Below, piece after piece: positions 1 through 11,955 of a stretch of 64,000 nt of DNA. This DNA comes from Macrostomum lignano (Eukaryota), in assembly GCA_002269645.1 (NCBI GenBank), contig NIVC01001384.1, positions 1-64,000 on the forward strand. The letters run 5' to 3'. The notes under the pieces were generated by a model, which worked only from the letters and a program-made list of their open reading frames with translations, searched no databases and was not told the origin of the DNA. Every line of letters begins with the position of its first letter. Position 1 is the first letter of the stretch. The position numbers and the translations under genes were made by a program.

Positions 1-323
1 ATTCTAAACTGCCTAGTTTGAGAGGGTGAAACTGACTCTACCAAGATATCAAGGATAACAAGGCAGACATCGCAGCTAGCTGGGAGACTCCAGGCCAACT
101 GTGACCAGGAAGTCCATCTTGGACAAGAAGACCAAGCTATTTGTGGCTTTCACACCAAACAGATGCGTCTCTATCTGCACAACTCTGTCAAACACCAAGG
201 TCAGGGGTCAGTATTTTATTGGGTTTTGTCTATCACACACATAGATACCTCTGGTGCACTCTTCAACAACACAACACACAAAAAAAAGTACACTGGATAG
301 TCTCTAATGTCACAGGGCGCGTC

Positions 324-1235
324 TCAAGGCCAGAGTGCGAACAAAGGCCGCTCCGCCGGCAGAGTCCGGGGCGCCGGCGTCAGCCAGTCGACGAAACGCC
401 GAGTGCGCGCCTGTCCTCGCCGGTAGGGTGCCTGCAGCGTGAGCAGCAGCACCTCCTGCACCGGCTGTGGGCAGTACGACTCGGCGCGGATGATATGACC
501 TGCCAGCTGGAGTCGCCGACGGCGCAGCAGGTCACTTGGACGGGCCAGGCCGGCGGCGGCGATAGAGTGCCGCGTTGGTGACTCGCTCTCGCCGATCTTG
601 AAGGCGGCGCGCAGCAGGCCAGCGTGCGCCGCATCGACTAAATGTTCGAGCGAGTCTGTCAGCGTCCAGGTCTCGGCGTTGTAAAGCAGGACGGTCTCGA
701 CTACTGCCTGGAACAACGCCGCCCTCTGGCGGTCCGGAAGGGCCTCAGACTGAAGGACCGCCCTCACAGAGCGGAAGGCAGCCCAGGCAAGCCCGCGGCG
801 ACGACGCAGATCCTCGCGTACGTCGGGAACCAGACCGCCGAGGTAGACGAACTGCTGACATCGCGGAAGTTCCGTTGCCTGTCCGTCAGCGCCTCGGCAT
901 AGGATAGCAGCCTCGATGTCGTCCGGCACGCACAGCACGACGGTCTTCTGCGCGTTGATCATCAGGCCGACACTCGCCGCAACAGCAACCAGTCGATCAA
1001 GCTGTCGCTGGGCGCCCTCAACGGTAGAGGACAGCAGGGCGAGATCGTCGGCGTAACCAAGCACGCTGAGCCGCCTCTCCGGTTGACGTCGACCCACGCG
1101 TCACCGCAGCAGGAAGCCATCGTTGTTGGAGGGAAGTGCAGTCCGCAGCACCCAGTCAAGCAGCAGCACGAACAAGAACGGCACTAGCGTATCTCCTTGA
1201 AGAACCCCCGAGGAGGTCTCGAAGAAATACGATAG
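324..1235 (-). mobile_element. 5'-truncated non-LTR retrotransposon (RTE-like) reverse transcriptase fragment with a premature stop
   Basis: Minus-strand frame gives GVLQGDTLVPFLF, LGYADDLALL, GLMINAQKT, QFVYLGG and LLYNAETWTLT (LINE RT motifs; the LLYxxETWTL tail is typical of the RTE clade). The two listed ORFs are one frame split by TGA at 1101-1103 in the context LLR*RVGRRQ, probably CGA>TGA. Confidence 0.9.
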
Positions 1236-1244
1236 GCTCTTCAG

Positions 1245-1545
1245 TAAAATCCAATTCATCTGGACAAGGTTCTGACAGATGGACAATGTATAGCTATATA
1301 CCTATAAGACTTTGGATTTTCTGGCTGGATAGCAAGTGAATCTGAATCTGCTCTGACATAGTGCCTATATCCTAGGCTTCAACTTGTGCAACAGATTTCT
1401 GTTTAAGTGGCTAAAGGCTGACTTTTCCTAGAGGAGTCTTGCAAACCATGAAGAGGTCAAATAGGCTACATTGCATTGGTTCTGGCAGCTGGAGTAAAAA
1501 CACTTGCAGGCTGAGGTGGAGAAGCTGTATGAGCACTGCTAGAGG
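1245..1545 (+). pseudogene. Decayed protein-coding exon of an unidentified gene or transposon gene
   Basis: TTCAG acceptor at 1240-1244 and AGG|GTGATT donor at 1545/1546. One frame shows strong host-like third-position G/C codon use (CTG, AAG, GAG, TTC, ATC, AAC) and reads KIQFIWTRF*QMDNV*LYTYKTLDFLAG*QVNLNLL*HSAYILGFNLCNRFLFKWLKADFS*RSLANHEEVK*ATLHWFWQLE*KHLQAEVEKLYEHC*R. It has no CpG and 8 stops. A further possible exon lies at 1613-1918. Confidence 0.5.
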
Positions 1546-3241
1546 GTGATTGATATTAGAAGACACTATGCTATTGATTTATTGATATATTTTTGTTAAT
1601 CTGTGATTGCAGGTTTATCAAGTTTTCATATTAGTGACATTATTTATAATACTGGTATATGCTTTAAACATAATTATAGTTAAAAAGGTCATTCTATAAG
1701 AGACTATCTATATCTACCAGTAGGCCAATTATATCTAGAAAAAATTAACAATATTTAAATTTGCATGAAACTAACCTTCCTAAACATATAACAATAGATA
1801 GGCAAATGCATATGCCATAATCAAAGTTGGATAGTCTGCATTAGAATAAATTTTAAAAGAATTTATATAACTATCTATGCATTATCAATGTGCTCTTTTT
1901 GTGTGAATTTGTATAAAAGTGGGTTTATGAGAATTTCCTGCAAGAAGTTTTCCCATTAAGCTTTACCCATATGAGTTTTTCCTGCAGCATGGTTTTGGCT
2001 ATCTTATTAATCATTTGTTAAATTATTATTTTGCTTGAATTCAATTTCTTTCTATTTTTAGAGTCCAAAAATATGAAACAAGTGAACAAATCATCAGTTT
2101 AACATGCACTGGTAGCAAAATTGTTTGTTATAACTTATAGTCAATTGCAACATCACAACATAAGGGACTACTTTAACATTAGGTAGTGTGATAGGTAATT
2201 TAATCTAAAACAAATTTTTACAATACTAATTTAGAATTTGTGCATTGATATCTCAGTAGTTCTTAAAATAATATCAGTTTTATATGCATGAAATATAAAA
2301 ATATATGTTTGTAATCAAAAGGCTATGAAAATGCAGGGGACAATTAAAGGGAAATACATTTGAGATTGAAAAATGAGGTGCCAAACTGTCAATACTGAGA
2401 TTCAAGTCAAGCCATTGCTTACTTTTCTGATTTTAGACTGCTACTTTTAGATAGCTAGATGACCAGCGCGCCCAAGTTAGATTGTGCTACCTATGGAAGT
2501 ATAGCTAGCTTTAGAATGGCAATTGACTATAATAAACAATTTTGCTATCAATACATCTAAACTATTAATTTGTTTACTTGTTTCATATTTTTAGACTTTA
2601 AAAATAGAAAAGAATTGAATTCAAGCAAAAAATAATATAACAAATGATTCTATAAGGTAGGATAGCCAAGGTTTCTCCACTAGGGGTTTTCCTACAAAAA
2701 ATTTTCCTACCAAGGTTTTCCCACAGGGTTTTTTCTGTCAAAATTTCAAGTCAAATCCAATTGGATCTGAAATCTAGTCTAGTCTAGTTTTTAATCTATT
2801 CTAGTTTCTATCTAATCTAGCCTAGCCTAGTTCTAATCTGTAGAAAAACCTTTTTAGTAAGAAACTCTTATAAGAAAACATTGCTGCAGGAAAATCTTGG
2901 TAAGAAAAGCTTTTTGGAAAAACCTCTAGCTAGGAAACCTTGCTGCAAGAAAGCCTCCTATAGATAAACCTCATTATAGGAAAAGCTTGCGCCATCAAAC
3001 AGTGGTAAGAAATTCTTGTTTCCAAAGAATAAACATTTGAAAATATAAATAAGATTTATTATTGATCTTATACATTACTTAATGCTAATTTATACTAAAG
3101 TTGTGACATAGGATCTTACCAACGATCTTAGGATTTTAGTATATGCCTTGATTATATAGGTGCCAATTATACAAAGGCCCTTGGGCTTTGTATACATAAA
3201 TATTTTCTAGCAAAGGCCACTTTCCTAATTAGGCCTATAAT

Positions 3242-3500
3242 CAGTGGCATAGCCAGGAGGTGGGGGGCAGGGGGCTGCAACCCCCCCCCCCCCCAATTGC
3301 CTAGGGGGGGTGGGGTTGGGCGCAGTGAATACCAAAAACATGAGGCAATTAAGTGCCTGTGGTGCCAAAATGAGTGCCTACAGTGCCAAAGGAGTGCCTG
3401 CAGTGCTAAAATGAGTGTTGCAGAAAAGTGGTAATGGCATAAGGCATGGCCAGCCAGGCCAACCCCCTCCCCCTAATTGAAATTCCTGGCTACACCACTG
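3242..3500. mobile_element. hAT-like MITE
   Basis: 17-bp TIRs CAGTGGCATAGCCAGGA / TCCTGGCTACACCACTG (inferred consensus CAGTGGCGTAGCCAGGA) and a perfect 8-bp TSD CCTATAAT (3234-3241 and 3501-3508). Confidence 0.85.
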
Positions 3501-3575
3501 CCTATAATATATAAATTTTATCTTTTTTTATTTATATATTAATATTTAATTTATTATTATATTTAATATTTAATA

Positions 3576-4400
3576 TCTCTACATATAAAAATCAAAACTC
3601 TGTCTGTCTATGTGTGTGTCTGTGGACAATTTTGATCGCTATGGACTCCCAAACTTCTCAACCAAATTACACCAAACTTTACACCCACCCTAAACTTACT
3701 ACAGAGAATGTCTTAGGCTACCTTTTAATTTCCTAGACTCAAGTCTTCCTACCTAAAAGTACAAAAAACTGCTCAAAATGCGCGATTTTTTCACTAAATC
3801 CTCCATAGCGCCGCTCCACTTCTACCGATTCTCTTCAAATTTGACACAGAAAATTTTCAACTATTTTGACACAATCGTGTAAAATTTCAAATCTCAAAGT
3901 TAATCCTAAAAGCCGCTGTGTACTTTTAAAGTTAGGCTGTTTTTTTCAGCGTAGCAACCACCCCAATCTCCGCCCGCCTGCCTCTCTTTCCCGATCCCGA
4001 TCTGGGCCCAGATGTGTAAAAGGGTTTCAAAATTGACTAACTTTCAGCTGCCATAAGTTTGCTCCACGTAAAGCGATTGACTTTAAACTTGACACAATTC
4101 TTCATTGACTCATTCTCTGTCTAAATGTAAAGTTACAACTCTCTAACTCATTCAGAAAAGAAACTGTAGGCGTGTGAAGTTTGTCTGCTTTTTCTGTTGT
4201 TTGTGCCACTCACTCACTCATTCCCCCAGCTCAGACGAAGGGTCAGGTGATAGGGCTCAATGTACATAGCGAGTGTACAGTGTTTTGGAATAACTTTTTA
4301 ATAGCCTTCTCTATACCTCGCGACTGCGATTAGAGAGGCGTGGAGAGGAGAGACAGTTTAGCGAGAGATTCAAACCACTGTCCTCTGTATAGACAAGTCT
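3576..4400 (+). mobile_element. Possible non-autonomous Helitron/Helentron-like element (5' part)
   Basis: Starts A|TCTCTACATATAAAAATCAAAAC followed by a TGTC/TG microsatellite and internally duplicated AAATTTGACAC/AAACTTGACAC modules, like Helitron-N 5' ends. It retains CpG unlike its flanks. No 3' hairpin-CTRR end was located. Confidence 0.35.
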
Positions 4401-4859
4401 GCAGCAGTTTAACTGTGGATGGCAAATCAAGAGTCAAGACAATGTGGGATGGTTTGTAAAAATAGCGAAAAAAAAATGAATAACAACTGATTACAATGCA
4501 ATTCTACTAAATCAGTTAGTCGCAGCATGAAGCTTTTAACATTAAAATTCGCATAAGGTAACTTCAAAATTTAAATGGCTCCTAAGAAATGCGTATTTCC
4601 CTTGGTTGTTAGACTGCTGCAGAGTGCAGACTTTGGTGGTGGAGCTGGAGATACACAAATTTCTCTCAAGGGCTGCTAATTGGCCAGAAAGATGACGTGA
4701 TTAAAGGATAAGAAATGATAACAGCCATGCGAGTACTACGTCCCACAATTCCACAAACTGGCTTTTGAAGCAGGGATTGACAGATTTTTATCTCAAAGGC
4801 CAGATAAAGAATCCTGCTCATAGCTGAGGGGCAGATGAGAGTGGAAAGAAGAAAGAATA

Positions 4860-5518
4860 GACGATTCAAAGAGAGGAGAGGCGACAGAGGGGATAAAAGA
4901 AAAGATAAAAGATAATAGGAGAGATGAGGGGGTGAGGACGATGAGAGAGAGGGGGAGAAGAGGGGAGAGAGGAAAGCGAGATGAGAGAGCAGAGAGCTAC
5001 AGGTGAGAGGAGAGAGGAGACAGCAGAGAGGAGAGCAGAGAGGAAACAGGTGAAAGAAGAGATGAGAGAGTAAAGGGAAGAGAGAAGAGATAAAGATACA
5101 TCTCTACATCTCGAAGGTTGTAGAGATGAGAGAGGTGGAAGGAGAGATGAGAAATGAGAGATAACAGAGAGAGGAGAGTGGAGTGAGAGAAGAGAGGGAG
5201 ACAGAGTATAGACAAGGAAAGAGAAGAGAAAAGAAGAAAGGAGAAAGGAAAGTGAGGAGTCAAAAGAGGGGAAAGAAAAGAGTACAGATGAAAGAGGTGA
5301 GAGAACATATAAGACAGAGATGCCAGATTAAAGAGGGGGATGAGAGAGTAGAGACGAGAGTGAAAAGATAAAAGATGGGAGTAGAGAGAACAGAGGAGAG
5401 GTTACAGAGACAGAGGAGAGACAAGGTAGAGAAGTGAGTGAGGAGAGAGGAGAGGAAAGAGGAGAATTGAGAGGGGAGAGAGTAGAGAGAGGAGGAGAGA
5501 TAAGAGAGAAAGACAGAG

Positions 5519-5579
<61 letters not shown>

Positions 5580-5590
5580 CAGAGAGAAAT
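4860..5590. repeat. GA-rich low-complexity tract including (GA)n
   Basis: Purine-dominated plus strand; it continues at 6413-6860 beyond the inserted MITE. Confidence 0.9.
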
Positions 5591-6412
5591 GGCTCATTCC
5601 ATATAAGCATGGTCGTAACATGACAGGTTATTTTTACTTATAAAATGAAATCTAATAATAGAATATACTAAACCAATATTTTAAATGAAAGATTATTTTG
5701 TCTAGAATATATTTATAGAGTTTCATATAGATATCATCATTAGTATAGATGCTATTAAACCTTAAATGACACTTATGGTCGTAACGACAGGATTTTTGAC
5801 ATATAGAAACTAAAAGGTAAAAGTCTTATAACATTTTTCATTTTTGATATTTTGCAATACATTTTTAAAATTTGACTAAGAACATCTTTAGAAATCATAC
5901 TCTTTTATTAGAATATATAAACTCAAAAGGCAACAAAGATACAAAAGAAAAGGCAGCCTTATGGTCGTAACATTATGGTCGTAACATATTTTTTTCTGTC
6001 AATTCAGTAACTTTGAGGTACTAATACATTAAAAATATAATAGATTATTTGGTCACCAATGCTTTTATCTGATGATGCAAGTAGATGCTCTTATCTATTA
6101 TCTTTTATCTATAGTTTGAGACAACTTTTATCTATAGTTTGTTTCAACCTTCAAAAGCTTTCTATTTGTTTTTAAAAGGTACAAAATCTTAATGATGTCT
6201 TTTGCTTCGAAAAATGTCCAAATTTTTACAAAAATGACTTTTTGCCAATTGATAACATACTAATCCAACATTTTACCATTCATTTATTCTTAGATTGTAT
6301 ATATTGCACAATATAAACATTTGGTAAAAAAATAGGCTAATTAGGCAATGGCAAGCAAAAATATTGACTTTTTTCTATTTTCCAAATATGTCCATCTTAT
6401 ATGGAATGAGCC
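5591..6412. mobile_element. TIR element (MITE) with 4-bp TSD, Sola1-like
   Basis: Perfect 17-bp TIR GGCTCATTCCATATAAG / CTTATATGGAATGAGCC, TSD AAAT on both sides (5587-5590, 6413-6416), four internal ATGGTCGTAAC repeats, and it splits a GA-rich tract. The superfamily is inferred from the AWWT-type 4-bp TSD. Confidence 0.8.
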
Positions 6413-6860
6413 AAATGAGAAGAGATAAGAGAGAAAAGATAAAAGAAGAGAAAGGAAAAATGAGAGAGCAAAGACGAGAGAGAAAAGAGGTGAGGGAAGA
6501 GACGAGAGAAGAGGGGAGAGATGAGAGTAGGCTAGAAGAGAGAGTTAAGAGAAGAGAGAAAAGAATACAAAGGAGAAGGAAGATAAGAGAGAAGAGGGGG
6601 TGAGAGGAGAGAGGAGAAGGGGAGAGAGGAGAGAGGAGAGGAGAGAGAAAACGAAAAAGTAGAGAGGAGAGAGGAGAGGAGAGAGAAAAGAAGAGACAAG
6701 AGATGAGATAAGAGAGATGAAAGAGAAGAGAGATGAGGGAAGATACGAGAGAAGAGAGGAGAGAGGAGATAGGAGAGACAAGGGATGAGAGAGATGAGAG
6801 GAAACAAAGAGACAATAGAAATTTTAAAGGATCCAAGGGACGTAGGGAGAGTCAGGGAGA
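6413..6860. repeat. GA-rich low-complexity tract (second half)
   Basis: Same composition as 4860-5590. Confidence 0.9.
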
Positions 6861-8092
6861 GACCAGAGTTTAGCAATATATGAGCTATGTTTTAGAGTCA
6901 GACAGACATTGCCTGACATTCTGCGCAGTAGGCCTACCCCAGCCAACAATGTCTCAAACCCTAATTTTACACGAATGTGCTCCATTTTATGTCTACCTCT
7001 ATCCTACTAGGCCTAACTATTAACAATTTTTTGTTTGTGTATGGCCTTAGATTTCAGAATACATGCAAAAGTAGTTCCGGGGATTGGAATTCCCCAGGTT
7101 CAAAATCCGCGGGTTTCAACAGCTTGTAACATATTATATTATACTTAAATATAATATTATTATTTTATATTTTCAGCTGGAGGGATTATAATATTTTATA
7201 ATATTTATTTATAAATAAATAACAGGAAATATTTAAATAGATAGGCCCTAGGTGATATGTGCTATGCTATTATTAGCCTATTAGGCCTACTATATGTCAC
7301 ATATACATAATTCATATTGGCATGCTGGATTTAAATGTTTTTATTATCAAATAGATTATTCTGAAAAATTTTACATTTAAAGACATTTATCGCAAAGCAT
7401 TTTCAGCATACTGGAAGATTTATCTCCTAGGACGAGGGGCAAGCCTGCCACACATTACGGACACATCTAGGCATTAAGTCTAATTTCTTGGAAAGTCAGT
7501 TCCTTGTACCGGTCGCACCCTTTTTGAACTTACATACATTATCTCTGTATGATAAAGCAAAACTATTAAATATATCTATAAAAGGAAAATTTAGCTTGTA
7601 TTTTTTATAGAATATATAAAAAATTCTAACTATGGCAGCATGAGTATCAAAATATCAAAAATCATTTAAGAATGTTTTTGCTTTCGTTGGGCCCAATAAT
7701 TTGATTTCGTAGATATCGTTGTTGCCGGTCGTACCTGAGTCTGTTAGACAATATACTTAAAGGATTAATGTGTCCGTAATTCCTAGGAAATGATTTGATT
7801 GACTGACTGGACTTAAAGTTAAAGATAAAGTTAAGGTTAGTTTTTTTTACAATTTGCATTACTGAGTAGGGCCTAGTAGTGTTTCTGAATCCTTGAGCTT
7901 GGCTTAGATTTAAATTAATATTTTGTCATTTACTGTACAGTCATATAAATTTATTCTTACTTTTATTTTATTTTTTTATAATAAAACTTAAAATAATAAT
8001 TAAAAAAATTATTTATTAATTGACTGATTGCTGATGTACACTGAAAAAATGGCAAGTATCCTTGTATAGTTGTATGCTAAGAAATCTGGGCA

Positions 8093-8195
8093 ATCTTCAA
8101 GTTTCGTTCGTTTAATTATTTCCGGAATTATTTTCGCCCTCTATTCAAGGGTGGTGGGGGTGGGTGTTGGAATTAAACAAACGAAACTTGAAGAT
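8093..8195. repeat. Short inverted repeat / mini-MITE
   Basis: ATCTTCAAGTTTCGTTCGTTTAATT (8093-8117) is the reverse complement of 8171-8195 with one CG/TG mismatch. Confidence 0.7.
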
Positions 8196-8658
8196 AACCG
8201 AAATCTGAACTAGGCCCTATGGCCTAATAATTCAAAAATTCCTCATTTTGGCACTAGTGCAGTTTTGTTTGCAAAATTATGCCTATTTTTTCTTTTTAAT
8301 TTGTGCCAGTTCCAATGATTAATAATGCTGACGACATTTTAATATCACAGTCACATTGGTTGACAATTTATTTAACAAAATTATTGTCGTATTGATATTG
8401 ATTATATTATTGATTATTGGTTGATAGCCATTGCCAAGGATTTGAATCAATTATTTGAGTGATAATGCTGACAAAGAATATTTTTCAAACAAAACTAGGC
8501 CTACTAGGCCTAGTCTAGTACCCTCATTTTTACTTTAAATTAATATGAGTAAACTTTTCTATTTACTTTTCTATCTACTTTTCTGTTTACTTTGCCATAA
8601 AAATTTTTAGTAAGTTGGATAAATTACTTTATTTGTCAACTTTTCTGTCAAATATTCA

Positions 8659-8859
8659 CAGGCACCATGCCACCATGGAACAGGGGGGCTGCCCCCCCCC
8701 CCCGACATTGAGTTGGGGGGGCATTGCCCCCCCCCTCAATATACCGTTCAACAGCATAATTTTGCTCAAAATTTTTATCACTGTCCAAGACAGGGTCTGG
8801 GCTTGAGTTTTAGAAACTTGGTCTTGCCCCCTTGGCAAAAACTCATTCCGCGGTGCCTG
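8659..8859. mobile_element. hAT-like MITE
   Basis: TIRs CAGGCACCATG / CGCGGTGCCTG, perfect 8-bp TSD AATATTCA (8651-8658, 8860-8867), internal G/C-run palindromes. Confidence 0.85.
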
Positions 8860-11800
8860 AATATTCATTAGGCCTATATCAACTTTTCTATAAACTTTTC
8901 TATGACTATGTTGTAAATGGATTGAAGATTATTTTTTCTAAGTTTCGGCTTATAAAAAATTTTCTAATTGTAGAAAATTAGAATTTTATTTTATGTCAAC
9001 TTTTTATTTTATGTACATTTTTCCAATATATAAAAGTTGTAAAAATGCATGGCATTCGTATAGCTCAACTCTTTGACTTTGGTTTTATGAATATATTTTA
9101 TTTTTGATATACATATTTATATATAGCTAAGAATAATAAAAAAGACTCATTAAACCAATGAGCCAAACTATGCAATTTTAATGATTTTTTATAAGCATAG
9201 GTAAGCCCTATGCAGTTGTATATAAAATAAAAAACTAATTAACATTAGAATCCTACTTTTCTTGATAAAAAGCTTTATAAATATCACTATAAAGCTATTG
9301 CAAAGGCACAACATATCCAAAGATTCTGATAAGATTAGCTTTCTATTGAAAGCAATAACAAGTTTATTAATAAAAGAAAGTAAAAAAGTTCTTATCTTCA
9401 TAGAGACAGTGTTTTTTTAAATAAAAAGTGGCATTCAAAACTTTTTCCATAAAATGTAAGTATTGCATTCTATATATATGTTGCAGTTTAATTGTCTTTA
9501 GGGCCTATATGTATAGTATACATTATTTTTAATTTTGGTATTGTTGGCATACTCATTTTGGCACTGCAGAGGCTGTTTTATTGCCTTAAATCAAAATTAT
9601 TTATTATCATAATTTATGGTTTACTAGGTAATATTAATGAGGCCTAAATGATAAAGACAAAGCATTTGCACATCCCTAGGCCCATAGTTTTTATTGGGAA
9701 TAATGTCTCCCCCAATGATATAAAAAAACCAATAAATGAAAAAAATTGGAAATATAACACTATACATTAAAGCAAAAAAATAGAAACTGCTTATCCCAGT
9801 GCATTTTAATAGAATTAAAAATACTAATAATTTTGTTTGGTCATTTTCAAATATAAACATATGAGTAATATTAAAAAAATGGAAATTTTGATAGAATGAA
9901 GAAGGAGGAACTTGAAGGAAAAGTTTATAGCCTAATTTATACTCGTAAAGCTAGTGGAACCTAGCTAGTGGAAAGTAGCAAAAGTTCTTTTGATTGAATG
10001 CTTTCAGACTTCTTTGTTAGGCTGATGTGACAAAAAGATATCTATGGAGAAACTTGGAGAAGCATATAGCTTTTAAAGCAATAGAATATTTCAAACTTTA
10101 TTGCTTTTTGTTCCCTCCTTTTGCTACGCTAAAAGTCTTGGATATGCATTCAAGTGTTGCTCAAAGGAGTGTGAGAAACACCCTTTGGGGATAGGGCACA
10201 GTTGAGCTGAGATTCATGCTCAACTTTCATTGGCTCATGGGTTTATTGTAGTCATTTACTGCAATCATTTTGTAGCATTCATTGTAGCCAGTTAGCCATT
10301 TGTGAGCTATCACTTTGAAATTTTGTTAACTTGTTGACTTAATGTAAGTCTATGGGTGACCTTTTGCTACATATGTAGTTGTAACTTTTGATAAAAACTG
10401 ATGGACCCAAATGATTCTAGTAGCAAATTGTAGAAGTTAAAAGCCGCTTTCCAGCAACACCTAACTTGTAATTATTGATTGCATTGTTCATGAGCAGCAT
10501 GTTGATATATATTGCAAGAATACACTGTGCTAATGCATTGTGTACAAGTAGTACAATTATTTTAAAAGTGATTACACTGATAAACTTTTGTTGAGCTTTA
10601 AATAGGTGTCTTAAAATGTCTATAGCTTGAATACCATATCCCTTGACTACTTACTATAGGTATTTTATAAGTTTCCTTGTTCTAACAACTAAAATATTTT
10701 TTACATAAGTTAAAAGTAACATATATACTAGGAGGGTCAAGGAACATTGATTAGACTAAAGGATCAGTCACCTAAAACACTTTATATGATTCATATTAGA
10801 ATAGCAACCCTTTTGATTTGTTTAAGGTTATTTATTCTTGCTATCTTGAGTATACTGAACTGAATACTTTAGAGACAATGTTTATAAAATGTCAGAAGCC
10901 TAAATTTTAACTATTAGTTAGCTACATGTATACAAGATGTTGCCACTAACTCAACATTTTCTAAGTTGAGTATATATGCCACTATAGCTGTGGCCCATCC
11001 TGGCTTAAGTCAAAATTTGCCTAGCCTATCTTGGGCCCAACATGCTCTAATCTAGCCAAGTCAAGCTTAATTGTCTATGATATGTATATCCTTTTAGAAG
11101 CTAATAAATATTGAATAACTACTCAAATATTAGGTCCCAATATTTAATAATATTTAATATTCCTAATAATTAGGACTTTTTGAACCTTAAAGATATAAAA
11201 AACTTCTAATTTTCTGATTTTTTTAAACTTTGCCAGGCAGTCAAGGGGTATCATAAATGATAAAAAAGCTAAATCTGCAAATGTTTACCCTTGGCTTTGG
11301 TGATGATAGGAGCTTGATTTGTTTATCCCCTATAGATTATAACTGTTAACTATTCTGGTTTGTTATTAAACATAAATGTAAAACAATATATGCTTAATGA
11401 ATTAATAATCTACCTAATCTTAAATAGGTATCAAGTCTCTATTGAACAGAGTTTAGGATAAACAGAACTTCTAGTTTTGATAGGACTACAATTTCTTTTC
11501 TATATGGGTTACTCATGGCATGGGTTATTTAGATATTTAAGCTTCATTTTTAATTGGGTCAAAATTTTATATTACTTGATCTTCAATAGATCCCTATACC
11601 TATATTGAAGTTTAGGTATTGAACACCTTGATTCCCTATGCTCTAGTTGTTGGTCATTGACCTTTCGGTTGGTCACTCCTTTGGACGCCCCCTCCAAAAC
11701 TTTTATGCCTCTATGCCTCTATTGAGGTTTAGGCAAATAATAAAATCGATTCCCATGAAAATTATCATAAGCCAACTCTGCAGTTTGTCAGACATTTGTA

Positions 11801-11955
11801 TCATTAGCAACTTGTGATTAGCAGGGAAAACAAAAACCCTGAATACATTAATACCTGTTTCCATGTTCTGCAGACTTGTTAACTAAACAGACCCTACTCA
11901 ACTGCATGCAAAATAGTGCAAATCAGAACCTATCCTACTCAGCCAGCTGGGAGAT

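Noticed and set aside
1613-1918. Second fossil exon
   Set aside because: The splice signals fit, but the reading frame is ambiguous and the stop density matches random AT-rich DNA, so it is not called as a feature.
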